Assembly: GCA_963745835.1 (NCBI GenBank)
Contig: CAVUZH010000025.1
Span: forward strand, 1-64,000
From: an uncultured delta proteobacterium
GTDB taxonomy: Bacteria; Desulfobacterota; Binatia; UBA9968
DNA length: 64,000 nucleotides
Direction: 5' to 3'
Shown piece after piece: positions 38,530 to 48,839 of the stretch. The position numbers and the translations under genes are program-made. Numbering within the stretch: the stretch's first letter is position 1; each line of letters begins with the position of its first letter. Below the pieces are notes generated by a model, which was not told the DNA's origin, did not search any database, and saw only the letters and a program-made list of their open reading frames with translations.

Positions 38530-40056
38530 TCAGGTGCTGTCCTTTGCCGCGAATCCAAGCCGCTGCCGCCAATCCAGCCGCTTCATAAGAAACGGACGGG
38601 CGGCTAATAACAGCAGCGACAATCCAACGATAAGCATCACCAAGGCAATCGGCCGGTTAAGGAAGATAGCGTAGCTGCCAGACGACATCGCGAGCGACTG
38701 ACGAAAGCTCATCTCCATCATCGGCGCCAGGATAAGTCCCAATACTACCGGCGCGGTATCGAAGTCAAATTTGCGCAGCATGTAACCGAGAGCGCCCATC
38801 ACTGTCATGATCCCGATATCGACGACGCTGCCATTGACCGCATAGACACCGATAAGACAGAAAATGAGAATTGCCGGATACAGAAGAGGATATGGAATTC
38901 TTAAAACACTGACAAAAATCCCGACCAGCGGCAGATTCAAGATCAAGAGCACTAAATTGCCAACGTACATGCTGGCGATGAAACCCCAGAAGAGCTCCGG
39001 TTGCTGGGCGATTAAAAGAGGACCCGGCGAAATGCCATGCACCATCATAGCCGCAATCATCACGGCAGGGATCGGCCCGGAAGGCACACCCAAGGCGAGC
39101 ATAGGAACGAAGGCTCCTGATGTCGCCGCGTTGTTGGCCGATTCCGGTCCCGCTACTCCCTCGATGGCGCCATGACCGAAGCGCTCAGGATGTTTGGAAA
39201 GGCGCCGCTCCATCGCATACGAAACGAACGAGGCGATAATGTGCGCCGAGCCCGGTATGATGCCAATCAAAAAACCCAAGACGGTCCCTCTACCGAGCGG
39301 CCAGAGTGAAGCGCGCCATTCCTCGCCCGAGGGGAGAAGCTCTTTCAACCGGGGCTGTTTGACTTGGGGCGCGGACGGCTGTCCTGCGGTCAGCAGAATT
39401 TCTGAAATCCCAAACAGCCCCACTGCGACTGGAACAACTCCGATGCCGTCACCAAGCTCGATCAATCCATAGCTAAAACGAACGAATCCGGTCATGGGAT
39501 CGATGCCGATCATGCCGAGAAGCAATCCCAGGGTTGCCATGGCCAGCGACTTGAGCATGGAGCCGCCGCTCATGTAGGCGAGGACCAAGAGTCCGAGAAG
39601 CAGAAGGGCGAAATATTCAGGCGGTCCGAAGCGGAGCGCAAAGCTCGCTAAAGGCGGCGCCAAAAGCATGAGACCGACGATGCTGGCGGTACCGGCTATA
39701 TAGGAAGCCACCGCTGCAATGGCCAAAGCGGCGCCGGCCCGTCCTTTGCGCGTCATCTCATAACCGTCGATACAGGTCATGACCGAAGCTGCTTCACCCG
39801 GGATGCGCATCAGTATTGAGGTCGTGGATCCTCCATACATGGCTCCGTAGTAGATTCCCGCCAGAAGCACGATGGCCGAAGTCGCATCGAGACCGAACGA
39901 TACGGGCAGGAGCAAACTGATGCCCGCAAGCGGACCCACGCCTGGCAAGACACCTACGAGCGTTCCAATGACGCAACCGACAAAGGCGTAGAGCAGGACA
40001 TTGGGGGCAAGAGCGACTGAAAAGCCAATATAAAGATTGTGCAGAGTTTCAGTCAT
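38530..40056 (-). CDS. tctA: Tripartite tricarboxylate transporter permease
   Basis: GVLPGVG, IYYGAMYGGS, GPESANNA. Confidence 0.93.
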   Translation of the reverse strand: MTETLHNLYIGFSVALAPNVLLYAFVGCVIGTLVGVLPGVGPLAGISLLLPVSFGLDATSAIVLLAGIYYGAMYGGSTTSILMRIPGEAASVMTCIDGYEMTRKGRAGAALAIAAVASYIAGTASIVGLMLLAPPLASFALRFGPPEYFALLLLGLLVLAYMSGGSMLKSLAMATLGLLLGMIGIDPMTGFVRFSYGLIELGDGIGVVPVAVGLFGISEILLTAGQPSAPQVKQPRLKELLPSGEEWRASLWPLGRGTVLGFLIGIIPGSAHIIASFVSYAMERRLSKHPERFGHGAIEGVAGPESANNAATSGAFVPMLALGVPSGPIPAVMIAAMMVHGISPGPLLIAQQPELFWGFIASMYVGNLVLLILNLPLVGIFVSVLRIPYPLLYPAILIFCLIGVYAVNGSVVDIGIMTVMGALGYMLRKFDFDTAPVVLGLILAPMMEMSFRQSLAMSSGSYAIFLNRPIALVMLIVGLSLLLLAARPFLMKRLDWRQRLGFAAKDST

Positions 40057-40134
40057 CGATGTTGACGATTCAATTCACCTTACTAGTCTCTTCCTGAACG
40101 GTTGAGGGAGTTGAACCCGGATTTGGTAATTCAA

Positions 40135-40360
40135 AATGACACTGCGATCGAGGGCGAGCCCTCCGGAGCGAAGGCAATGCGCCTCTGGCTGATAGCGGCC
40201 CGCAAGCTCCAGTGTTTTAGCCGACACCTGAAACAATTGTCGACCTAAGGCCAATTACCCATAGACGGTCTTGAATTGTTGGTTTCGATGCCTTCGCTCC
40301 TCCAGAGTCTCCCTCGATCGCTGTACAGTTCTCCCTCTACCGCGGAGTCCGAATTGCATT
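40135..40360. mobile_element. MITE-like element with terminal inverted repeats, copy 2, between tctB and tctA (ends approximate)
   Basis: GCGATCGAGGG/CCCTCGATCGC and GGAGCGAAGGCA/TGCCTTCGCTCC pair perfectly (40144-40321). Confidence 0.6.
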
Positions 40361-40381
40361 TTGCGCAAGATGAGCTCCCCT

Positions 40382-40822
40382 TCAGAATCCGAATGGTCCT
40401 TGCGGCAGGGGCACTCGCAGGACGGTATAGAAAAGGAAGAAGGAACCAAAAGACAACGTAAAGGCAAACGATAAAGACACTATCCAACTGCGCTGCTCCA
40501 GCAGTTTAACTAGAAAACCCAACACGAGCAGCACAGTGAGGCGGTAACCAAGACGCTCAATGGCGAAAACGGAAAAGAGGGATGCCGCCAATATCGCCAG
40601 GGCATGACGCCATTCGGTCCAGCTAATGGATGATAATGACGGAGCGCGACTGCTGGTGAGCACAAGGAAAACTGCGAACATCAGAAGAAGCAAAGCCAGC
40701 AGGATAGGAATGAAGGCGGGGCCGGGTTGGCGGAATGTTCCGAGCGGAAGCTGACGGCTCTCCCATATTACTAGAAGAGCGAAGATGATAAGGGCGATTG
40801 CCGAGGCCCGTTCGGTTGTCAT
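40382..40822 (-). CDS. tctB: TctB family protein
   Basis: PGPAFIP, four TM segments, LRVPLPQG. Confidence 0.88.
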   Translation of the reverse strand: MTTERASAIALIIFALLVIWESRQLPLGTFRQPGPAFIPILLALLLLMFAVFLVLTSSRAPSLSSISWTEWRHALAILAASLFSVFAIERLGYRLTVLLVLGFLVKLLEQRSWIVSLSFAFTLSFGSFFLFYTVLRVPLPQGPFGF

Positions 40823-40867
40823 AGCGGCGCGAATCTTAACGAGCCGACTAGCGGTACGAACTTCCGT

Positions 40868-42022
40868 CTACTTTCCCCACAATTGTTTTGTCGCGATGCG
40901 CGCGCCTTCGGCCATGGCTTCAAATTTCGCCCATGCAATCTGCGGATCGCCGACACGCGGCCCTAGGCCGCAATCGGTGCCGGCCATGACGTTTTCCCGG
41001 CCAACGATCCTAGCATAACGCAGCAGACGCTCAGCGATGACCTCCGGGTGTTCGACGATGTCGGTTGCGTGGCCAACGACGCCGGGCACGATGACTTTGC
41101 TCTGCGGAAATTTCACATCTTCCCACACGCGCCACTCGTGCTCGTGGCGCGGGTTGGACGCCTCGATCGAGTAGGTGTTGGCGTTGACTTTAAGAATAAT
41201 GTCGACGATGTCTCGCAGCGGAATGTCGAACTTGTGCGGCCCATGGTAACTGCCCCAGCAGGTATGGAAGCGAACTTTCTCGGGCGGGATGTCTCTCAAG
41301 CCGTGATTGAGCGCATCGACGCGCAGTTCGGCGTAGCGGCGATATTCCGGCACCGACATTTGCGACATGAACTGCCAGCCGTCGGGCAAATCCGGATCGT
41401 CGATTTGCAGCAAAAATCCGGCATCGACGATCGCCTTGTACTCCTCGTGCATCGCGTCGGCGATGGCGACCAAATACGATTCGTCGTCGGGATAATAGTC
41501 GTTCTTCATCCAGTGCTCGATGGTGCCCGGCGCGATCGCCGGCAGAAAAGATTCTTCGTAGGATTGTCCTTGCAGGCCCGCTTTGAAGTCTTCGATCTCG
41601 GCTTGAAGCGAGGCATGACCGACGTATTTGAGCGGCCCATTGCAGAAGACTCTCTTGACGTTTTCGCCGCGAATGCCGCCCATGCGCCTGCGAAAATAAT
41701 CGCCGAACTCGACCATGTCCCGAGCGAAGATCGAAGAGACGTGATCTTCCGGTTTCGCTTCACGTTCGATGAAGCCGCTCAAGCGCTCCCGGGCGTAGCG
41801 CGAAAAGTTGGACTTGCCGACTTCGCCATCGTTGATGATATCGAGGCCGCAAGCCAACTGTTTCTTAACCACTTCGGCAACCGATTGGCGCACCCGCTGA
41901 GCGAAAGCGGCCTCATCGATGGGCTGGCCGCTGATTTTTGCTGAGTGCATCTGCTTTAGATCGTCGGGTTGGGGCAAGGCTCCGGCGTGGGTGGTCAGTA
42001 TTCGGTCAGTGCTGAATTTCAT
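40868..42022 (-). CDS. Cobalamin-independent methionine synthase II-like Zn enzyme (single barrel; epoxyalkane:CoM transferase-like)
   Basis: ILTTHAGALP, INDGE, HTCWG, SIEA, TDCG. Confidence 0.88.
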   Translation of the reverse strand: MKFSTDRILTTHAGALPQPDDLKQMHSAKISGQPIDEAAFAQRVRQSVAEVVKKQLACGLDIINDGEVGKSNFSRYARERLSGFIEREAKPEDHVSSIFARDMVEFGDYFRRRMGGIRGENVKRVFCNGPLKYVGHASLQAEIEDFKAGLQGQSYEESFLPAIAPGTIEHWMKNDYYPDDESYLVAIADAMHEEYKAIVDAGFLLQIDDPDLPDGWQFMSQMSVPEYRRYAELRVDALNHGLRDIPPEKVRFHTCWGSYHGPHKFDIPLRDIVDIILKVNANTYSIEASNPRHEHEWRVWEDVKFPQSKVIVPGVVGHATDIVEHPEVIAERLLRYARIVGRENVMAGTDCGLGPRVGDPQIAWAKFEAMAEGARIATKQLWGK

Positions 42023-42103
42023 TGTGCCTCCGAAGGATCGTTCAAGCCGTTCAAAACGTTCAAGTGGTTCAATCCGCGAGAATTATAATTTTGTCTACAT
42101 CCT

Positions 42104-43096
42104 CTACTTCATCGACTCCGCGACTTTCTGTGCGAAGCTGAAGTCAAAGACACGCTCCGGTGGGACCGGATCTTTGGGTTTGACCCGTTGCGCCGCCGTG
42201 GCGATCATGTCGCGCTGCAATTTCTCGTCGACCACTCCCGACTGGAGATAGAACTGCAAAGCGGTGTCATAAACTCGATCGGCGTACTTGTCGCGTTCTT
42301 TTCCCAGGTCAAGAAACGGCCCTTTGATAAAGTCGACGGCGAATTTCTTATCATTGCGGATCAGGCGCAAGGCCTTCTGTGTTGCGCGGATGACTCTCGT
42401 GGCAACCTCCGGGCGTTCGCTTATGACCGTCTTTGTAGTGGTTAGACCTCCTTGAACGGCACGGTAAACATCGGCGCCCGAAGCGATCTTCCGATAGCCT
42501 TCTTCTTGGGCGATGAGATTCTGCGGCACTTGCAGCATGGTCGCGTCGATGGTGCCGGCCTTTAGGGCGACGTACGTGACATCGCTGGTGCCCAGTGAGA
42601 GCATGGTGACTTGGTCCAGCGGGATCTTGTTTACCAGCAGAATCTGCCGAGCAAGAATTTCTGTGAGCGAGCCGGGCGCGGAAATGCCGAGTTTCTTGCC
42701 GCGCATCTGCTGTACGTTAGTGATATTCGACTGCGCAATCATATCGAAGGAGGGCTTGTCTGTTAGAGCGAATACCACGCGCACATCGGCGCCGTTTACC
42801 GCGGCGCTGATGGCGGTGCCGGTTGCGGTGCCAAAATCGACGCCGCCGGCAAGCATCGCCTGCACCGTCTGGATCGCCTTCATGAAGATAAACTCCACGT
42901 CCAAACCCTCCTCGCGGAAAAAACCTCGATCGCGGGCGATCACGTAGGGCATATCCAAAATGCTGCGCGACACGTAAGCGATGCGAACGGGCGCGAGTTT
43001 GCTGGTTTTCTCAGCGCACCATACGAGCTCGGTTGGACCAAGGAGAAGTATCGATAGAAGAAGAAGCCGGAGAGCCGTTGGGATTATCGTGATCAT
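42104..43096 (-). CDS. ABC-type substrate-binding protein, NMT1/SsuA family
   Basis: RGFFREEGLDVE, MRGKKLGISAPGS; GGAGG RBS. Confidence 0.85.
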   Translation of the reverse strand: MITIIPTALRLLLLSILLLGPTELVWCAEKTSKLAPVRIAYVSRSILDMPYVIARDRGFFREEGLDVEFIFMKAIQTVQAMLAGGVDFGTATGTAISAAVNGADVRVVFALTDKPSFDMIAQSNITNVQQMRGKKLGISAPGSLTEILARQILLVNKIPLDQVTMLSLGTSDVTYVALKAGTIDATMLQVPQNLIAQEEGYRKIASGADVYRAVQGGLTTTKTVISERPEVATRVIRATQKALRLIRNDKKFAVDFIKGPFLDLGKERDKYADRVYDTALQFYLQSGVVDEKLQRDMIATAAQRVKPKDPVPPERVFDFSFAQKVAESMK

Positions 43097-43189
43097 GAAA
43101 ACCACCTCCAAGCTCTTTCGATGTCATTGACCCTTCAGCTAGTGTCCTCGAACCCGAGCCCCGTTTAAAAGTCATTGGATTTTCGAAAT

Positions 43190-43314
43190 GCAGCTGCTCA
43201 AAAAGACCTCAGGGGCAAGGCGCGCGAAGTTCGACGAGCTGAGGCGTACGCTTCAGTACGTTGAAATGAGTCGGGCAAGCGCAACGAAGCATATGGGTCT
43301 TTTCAGCAGCCTGC
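43190..43314. mobile_element. Short palindromic MITE/REP-like element
   Basis: Terminal inverted repeats GCTGCTCAAAAAGACC / GGTCTTTTCAGCAGC, internal CGTAC-gcttca-GTACG hairpin. Confidence 0.65.
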
Positions 43315-43323
43315 TCGCATGTC

Positions 43324-44001
43324 TCATGCATACGCGTCATAGATGCCTTCGAATTTTGCCAGTTTGAAACGGACCATGTTACGCGCCGCGGCGCGGACCA
43401 TCTCTTTTTCCCGATCGGTGTTGGCGTTGCGCGCGATGCTTTCGGAGGCCATGGCGGTGTGCTCTTGATCGACTTTGCTATGCACGATGAAGAATGTTCG
43501 GGCGCGGCTATCGAATCCGTAGTGCTTCTCCAAGTAGGTATCGAATTCTCCGGAATAGCGGCAAACCATGGTTTCATTCACGAGCGCGCCGGCGCGGCTT
43601 TCGGCCTGGGTTCCTAAAAACATGCCGCGAATCACCGCGGCGGTGTGAGCCACGCATTCGAAGATCAACAGCTCTCTGTCAAAATCTTCATCAGTCAAGC
43701 CAATGGCCAAACCGAAACGCTTCATCAAGCCCGGATGCGACTGCTCTTCGGTAAACAGCTCCTGAAACTGGTTGTAGAGCGGCGGGTTATTGGCGTTTCT
43801 CACCATGCAGAACGCCAGGCCCTTATTGATCGCGTGATTGCAATGATAGTGCTGTAGCGCGAAGCCTTTGAGCCGCTTCTGCGATAATTTGCCTTGCCTT
43901 AACTCGGTAAAAAAACGGTTATTGATTAATTGATCGACCCCTGGTTGAACGATTTCTTGAATAATGGAATCGACAAACTTTTGGTTTTCCATAATCACCA
44001 T
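43324..44001 (-). CDS. Heme-oxygenase-like (PqqC/CADD/TenA fold) iron-containing redox enzyme
   Basis: EEQSH, NE and FFIVHSKVDQEH metal-ligand pattern. Confidence 0.75.
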   Translation of the reverse strand: MVIMENQKFVDSIIQEIVQPGVDQLINNRFFTELRQGKLSQKRLKGFALQHYHCNHAINKGLAFCMVRNANNPPLYNQFQELFTEEQSHPGLMKRFGLAIGLTDEDFDRELLIFECVAHTAAVIRGMFLGTQAESRAGALVNETMVCRYSGEFDTYLEKHYGFDSRARTFFIVHSKVDQEHTAMASESIARNANTDREKEMVRAAARNMVRFKLAKFEGIYDAYA

Positions 44002-44094
44002 CCTGAAGGAAGAAAATCATCGGCAGCCGAACACTCTCAAAGCAATCATAAAGTGTCAAGCGGCTCAACGGGTGCGGCTGCGAGGGACTTTCGG

Positions 44095-44811
44095 TCAAAT
44101 TCCTAGATGCTGCTGCAGCAGTTCCGGCTGATTGCGTAATTCATTGCCGGTGCCTTCAAAAACAACGCGGCCTTTGACCAGGATAATGTTCCGATCGGTG
44201 AGAGCCGAAACGGCGCCGAAGTTTTTGTCAACGATGATGGCAGCGATACCACTTTCGCGAACAGTGCGGATGATGCGCCAAATTTCCTGGGCAATCAGAG
44301 GCGCGAGGCCCTCAGTGGCCTCATCGAGCACCAGCAATGTTGGATTGGTCATCAGGGCGCGGCCAATGCAAAGCATTTGTTGCTCGCCGCCGGAAAGCTG
44401 TTGTCCACCATGTGATACACGCTCGGCTAGCCGGGGAAAAGTTTGCAGCACCCGCTCGTAGGTCCAGTGACACTGCCCATTCGGTCCGGGGCGCGCCATC
44501 ATGATCAGATTTTCGCGAACAGAGAGATTCGGGAAAATGCCGCGTCCCTCGGGAACGTAAGCGATGCCTTGGCGCGCGATCAGGTAGGGCGCAGCCTGAG
44601 TCATGACACGGCCGTTGATCTTAATCGCGCCATGGCGTGGCGCGACCTGACCAACCAGGGTGCGAATCAGTGTGGTCTTGCCCATGCCATTGCGTCCCAT
44701 GAGCCCAATGGCTTCGCCGCGGCGCACTATCAAGTTAATGCCGTGAAGAATATGGCTGGCGCCATAATACGTGTGCAGGCCTTCGGCCTCGATGATCGGG
44801 CGAGCCGTCAT
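44095..44811 (-). CDS. livF: HAAT (Liv-type) ABC ATPase
   Basis: GRNGMGKT, VPEGR, LSGGEQQM. Confidence 0.9.
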   Translation of the reverse strand: MTARPIIEAEGLHTYYGASHILHGINLIVRRGEAIGLMGRNGMGKTTLIRTLVGQVAPRHGAIKINGRVMTQAAPYLIARQGIAYVPEGRGIFPNLSVRENLIMMARPGPNGQCHWTYERVLQTFPRLAERVSHGGQQLSGGEQQMLCIGRALMTNPTLLVLDEATEGLAPLIAQEIWRIIRTVRESGIAAIIVDKNFGAVSALTDRNIILVKGRVVFEGTGNELRNQPELLQQHLGI

Positions 44812-45566
44812 GGGTGTTCGTCGACCTTACCCAAGTACGCGCGTTGGACTTGCTCATCTGCCCGAACCTCATCCGGCTTGCCGGAAGCGAGAACCCTGCC
44901 GTCGACCATAACCGTGAGCACCCGAGCCAGTTGGAAGATCGCATCCATGTCGTGTTCCACCAAAAGAATAGCGTGCGTCTGCGCCATGCGACGGATCAGC
45001 TCGACCATCCTCGAAGACTCTTCGATACCGAGACCCGCCAACGGTTCGTCCAGCAGCAATAGTTTGGGCTGGGTGGCCAGCGACATGGCGATTTCGAGCT
45101 GGCGCTGCTCGCCATGACTGAGAGTGAAAGCTATGGTCTCAGCGCGATTTGCCAGGCCGACATCTGCAAGCGCGGATCGGGCGGTGTCTACGATCACATC
45201 GTTGGAGCTTGCCTCGCGCAGCCAGTTCAATGGCCGTGGATCGCGCGATTGCGCTGCCAAGCGGCAGTTCTCCAACGCGCTGAATGCGGCAAAAATGTTT
45301 ACCTTCTGATAGCTTCTGCCGATCCCTAAACGCGAGCGGCGCTCCGGTGAGAGATGCGCGACTTCGTCGCCGCCGAAGCGAATGCTGCCGGCGCTGGGCG
45401 ATAGATCGCCCGACAGCATGTTAATCAGCGTGGTTTTACCGGCGCCATTAGGTCCGATGACCGCATGCAGTTCGCCGACGTTGACGTCCAGTGAAACCTC
45501 GGCGACCGCTGCAAGGCCGCCGAATGTTTTGGCTAATCGGCGCACCTTCAGAATCGGCTCAATCAT
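44808..45566 (-). CDS. livG: HAAT (Liv-type) ABC ATPase
   Basis: GPNGAGKT, LSHGEQR, EHDM, VQRAYLG. Confidence 0.9.
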   Translation of the reverse strand: MIEPILKVRRLAKTFGGLAAVAEVSLDVNVGELHAVIGPNGAGKTTLINMLSGDLSPSAGSIRFGGDEVAHLSPERRSRLGIGRSYQKVNIFAAFSALENCRLAAQSRDPRPLNWLREASSNDVIVDTARSALADVGLANRAETIAFTLSHGEQRQLEIAMSLATQPKLLLLDEPLAGLGIEESSRMVELIRRMAQTHAILLVEHDMDAIFQLARVLTVMVDGRVLASGKPDEVRADEQVQRAYLGKVDEHP

Positions 45567-46566
45567 CGAGGGCCTCTTCCACCCGCGCCGGCTTAGTTGA
45601 GCGGATGCGCAACGACAGATCGAGAATTCCGGCCAACCCATGCGGGAAAGCCAGAACGATTAACACGATCAAGCTTCCCATCGCCAGCTGCCAGTGTTTG
45701 GCGTACGAACCAAGCAGCAACGGCGTCGACAGAATTTCTTGCAGCAAGGTATAAGCCAACGCGCCGAGCACCGCGCCATGGAGTTTGCCCATGCCGCCCA
45801 GGATCACCATCATCAATACGCCGGCCGAATGATGCCAGGCGAGAATCTCGGGATTGACGAAACCGAACTGGCATGCTGCGAGATAGCCGGCGATTCCCGC
45901 AATCGCGCCGCCGAGCACGAAAGCGCCGAGCTTGTAGCTCGATACCGGATAGCCGATAGAGCGCATTCGGTGCTCGTTGGCTTTGATGCCCGCCAGGGCG
46001 CGCCCGAACGGCGCATGAAGCACTCTACTCAATAAAGCATAAACACCCACCATCATCAGAAGCACGAAGTAGTAAAATTGCACCGGGCTTTCCAGATTGA
46101 AAGGTCGGATGCCGGCTACTGCCAGTTCCGGCCGCACGTATATGTAAATCCCGTCAGAGCCGCCGCCCAGATTGGTGTCGTGAAAAATAGAATAAAGCAT
46201 CTGCGCGAAGGCAAGCGTCACCATGATGAAATAGACGCCGGTGGTTCGCACGACAAGAAAACCAATCACCAGCGCCGCCAGAGCGGTGATTACAACCGCC
46301 ACAGGCAAGGTCAACCAGAGATTGGCTGCTTGATATTGGGGTGAAATCAACGCCAGCACATACGCCGCCAAGCCAAAATAAGCAGCGTGTCCCAGACTCA
46401 CCAGACCAGTGTGACCGACGAGAAAATCCAGGCTCAAGGCAAAGATCGCCATGATCATGATCTTAGCGCCGAGCTGAACGTAAAATGTCGAACCGACTAG
46501 CGGAACAATGGCGATCACCGCGACGGCGATGAGCAAGACCGATCGTGGCAGAGTGATAGGGCTCAC
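45559..46566 (-). CDS. livM: HAAT ABC permease
   Basis: GLVSLGHAAYFG, GVYFIMVTLAFAQ, GGSDG. Confidence 0.9.
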   Translation of the reverse strand: MSPITLPRSVLLIAVAVIAIVPLVGSTFYVQLGAKIMIMAIFALSLDFLVGHTGLVSLGHAAYFGLAAYVLALISPQYQAANLWLTLPVAVVITALAALVIGFLVVRTTGVYFIMVTLAFAQMLYSIFHDTNLGGGSDGIYIYVRPELAVAGIRPFNLESPVQFYYFVLLMMVGVYALLSRVLHAPFGRALAGIKANEHRMRSIGYPVSSYKLGAFVLGGAIAGIAGYLAACQFGFVNPEILAWHHSAGVLMMVILGGMGKLHGAVLGALAYTLLQEILSTPLLLGSYAKHWQLAMGSLIVLIVLAFPHGLAGILDLSLRIRSTKPARVEEALDD

Positions 46567-46571
46567 GACCG

Positions 46572-47429
46572 TTAAGCTCTACCGGCGATTCCTTGGGGCC
46601 GCCATAACAGAATCGCCGCCATCAGCAAATAAACTGCAAATGCGGAATATTCCGGCGCCATTACTTTGCCGAGGGTGTCAGCTAGCCCGATGGCCAAAGC
46701 GGCGATCATCGCGCCGTTGATCGAACCGATGCCGCCGATGACCACGACCACGAAGCAGATGATCACGATGTGATTGCCCATGCCGGGAGACACCGAGGCA
46801 ATCGGCGCCGAGATCGTTCCGGCAAAACCGGCGAGCGCGACGCCAAATGCGAAGACGAACGCAAACAGCAGCGGAATGTTGACCCCGAGCGAAGCGGCCA
46901 TTTCGCGATTGCTGGTGGCGGCCCGAATCATCATGCCGATGCGGGTCTTATGGATGACGAAGTACATGCTCAGAGCAATGGTGATGCAAACGGCGGTGAC
47001 GAACAAGCGGTAAACCGGATAGGAGAGCGTCTCCGTGAGTGGAATCGAAAAATCGAGCAGCGGCGGTACCGGAACCCCATGCACGTCGTCGCCGAACAGA
47101 ATGCTGCGCAGTTCTTCGAACACCAGGATCAAGCCGAACGTGAGCAATACCTGATAGAGGTGGTCCCGCTTGTACAGCCGGCTGAAGATGGTTGTCTCAA
47201 GCACCAGACCAATTGAGAAGGCGATGACAATACTGAGCGGAATTGCCAACCAGAGACTGCCCGTCGTCCTTACCAGCCAATAAGCCAGATAGGCACCGAT
47301 CATGTAAAAGCTGCCGTGGGCTAGATTGATGACACCCATAATCCCAAAGATCAGGGTCAGACCGCTCGCCAGTAAAAACAATAGCAGACCGTACTGGATG
47401 CCGTTTAGAAGTTGGATGAGATAGAACAT
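46572..47429 (-). CDS. livH: HAAT ABC permease
   Basis: GLTLIFGIMGVINLAHG; start MFYLIQLLNG at 47429 (the ORF-track extension runs through a repeat). Confidence 0.9.
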   Translation of the reverse strand: MFYLIQLLNGIQYGLLLFLLASGLTLIFGIMGVINLAHGSFYMIGAYLAYWLVRTTGSLWLAIPLSIVIAFSIGLVLETTIFSRLYKRDHLYQVLLTFGLILVFEELRSILFGDDVHGVPVPPLLDFSIPLTETLSYPVYRLFVTAVCITIALSMYFVIHKTRIGMMIRAATSNREMAASLGVNIPLLFAFVFAFGVALAGFAGTISAPIASVSPGMGNHIVIICFVVVVIGGIGSINGAMIAALAIGLADTLGKVMAPEYSAFAVYLLMAAILLWRPQGIAGRA

Positions 47430-47442
47430 GACTAAATGATAG

Positions 47443-47593
47443 GTTCCAGTCGTTCCAACAGTTCCAATCGTTCCATGTGTTAGGAAGCAGTCGAGTTCGG
47501 TCAACTTGCAAAGAAAATCGAGCTAGTTGAAAGACACAATTCGGTATTTGCTCTAACCATTGGAACGGCTGGAACGATTGGAACATTTGGAAC
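47443..47593. repeat. Opposed 9-bp tandem repeat arrays (GTTCCAxxx x4 ... TGGAACxxx x4)
   Basis: gttccagtc-gttccaaca-gttccaatc-gttccatgt and tggaacggc-tggaacgat-tggaacatt-tggaac. Confidence 0.8.
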
Positions 47594-47620
47594 CGCGCCA
47601 GAGTCCGAACTGTGGCGTTC

Positions 47621-48811
47621 TTACATCTTGCATCCCCGCGCCGGATCGGCGAGCGCTTTGTGCGCGATGCTGACCATTTTGTTTTCGCGCCCGACTACTC
47701 TGCGCAAGTAAATGTCTTGAATAGGATTGTGTGCTTTGGACATCGTCCAGGGACCGCGCGGGCTGTCGATCTTGGCTTTTTCCATAGCCGCGATCACTTC
47801 TTTCTTTTTGGTGACGTCGCCCTTCACTGCATCCAGTCCGATGTTGAGGAGAAGACCGGCGTCATAGCCTTGTACCGCGTAGACGTCTGGCTCATTATTA
47901 TATGCTTTGTTATATGCCGCGCGGAACTCGCGATCGCGCTTGGTGTTCAGGCCATCGGCATAGTGGAGCGTGGTTTCCAGGCCTTCGGCGGCTTTATCCA
48001 CGGCATCGAGCACGCCGTCGGTCAGAAAGCCCGAACCGAAGAGCGGGATCTGCCTGCGCAGCCCGGCCGCATTATAATCTTTGATGAACTTTGCCGCGCC
48101 GGCTCCGGCAAAAAATACGAACACCGCGTCCGGTTTGATCGAAGCCATTTCGGTGAGCAATGCTTGAAATTCCACATTGGGAAACGGAATCCAAAGTCCA
48201 CGAACCGATTTGCCGCCGGCTTTGATGAAGCCTTCATTAAATCCGGCCACGGCTTCCTGTCCAGCTCCGTATTTCCAAGCCAAAGTCAAAATATTGTTCA
48301 TGCCGCGGTCGGCAAGCACTTTGCCCATCGGATACGACGGCTGCCAATTGGAAAACGAAGTGCGAAAGATATTCGGCGCGCACAGCGCTCCGGTGGCGGC
48401 ATCGAGACCGGCATTGGGAATGATCATCAAGGTATTGCTTTCTTTCGCAACTTTGACCATGCCCATCTGCACGCCGCTATGAACCGTGCCGACCAGCACG
48501 TCCACCTTGTCGCGCTGCACCAGCCTATTGGCGTTCTCCGGCGCTTTAGCCGGTTCGGATTCATCATCAACGGAAAAATATTCCAGTTCGCGGCCGGCGA
48601 GTTTACCGCCGCGCTCCGCCACCGCGAGTTTGAAGCCGTTGGTTATGGCGGTGCCTAATTGGGCGTAAGTGCCGGTGTAAGGCAGCATGAGGCCAACACG
48701 TAGCTTTGAGGTCTGTGCGAGTGTCGGCGGATTCGGCAGCAATGCGCTTGCCGTGAGCAGGCCAGCCCTGACAAGAAATTGCCGGCGGCTCGAGTTTGGA
48801 TCGATGTTCAT
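47621..48811 (-). CDS. HAAT ABC substrate-binding protein, aromatic-acid type, with Tat signal
   Basis: SRRQFL Tat motif, LPYTGTYA, GTVHSGV, DSPRG; adjacent to benzoate-CoA ligase. Confidence 0.9.
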   Translation of the reverse strand: MNIDPNSSRRQFLVRAGLLTASALLPNPPTLAQTSKLRVGLMLPYTGTYAQLGTAITNGFKLAVAERGGKLAGRELEYFSVDDESEPAKAPENANRLVQRDKVDVLVGTVHSGVQMGMVKVAKESNTLMIIPNAGLDAATGALCAPNIFRTSFSNWQPSYPMGKVLADRGMNNILTLAWKYGAGQEAVAGFNEGFIKAGGKSVRGLWIPFPNVEFQALLTEMASIKPDAVFVFFAGAGAAKFIKDYNAAGLRRQIPLFGSGFLTDGVLDAVDKAAEGLETTLHYADGLNTKRDREFRAAYNKAYNNEPDVYAVQGYDAGLLLNIGLDAVKGDVTKKKEVIAAMEKAKIDSPRGPWTMSKAHNPIQDIYLRRVVGRENKMVSIAHKALADPARGCKM

Positions 48812-48839
48812 GATTGCCTCCGTGGAGTCCTAAAAAAGT

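Noticed and set aside
40144-40321. 6S RNA
   Set aside because: Length and closing stem are suggestive, but multiple decayed copies and the position inside the tct operon fit a repeat better; not excluded without an Rfam scan
41048-41944. Long antisense ORFs (also 47612-48658, 1389-2114, 30272-31012)
   Set aside because: Shadows of well-supported genes on the opposite strand in GC-rich DNA
47443-47593. CRISPR array
   Set aside because: 9-bp units with no unique spacers and no cas genes
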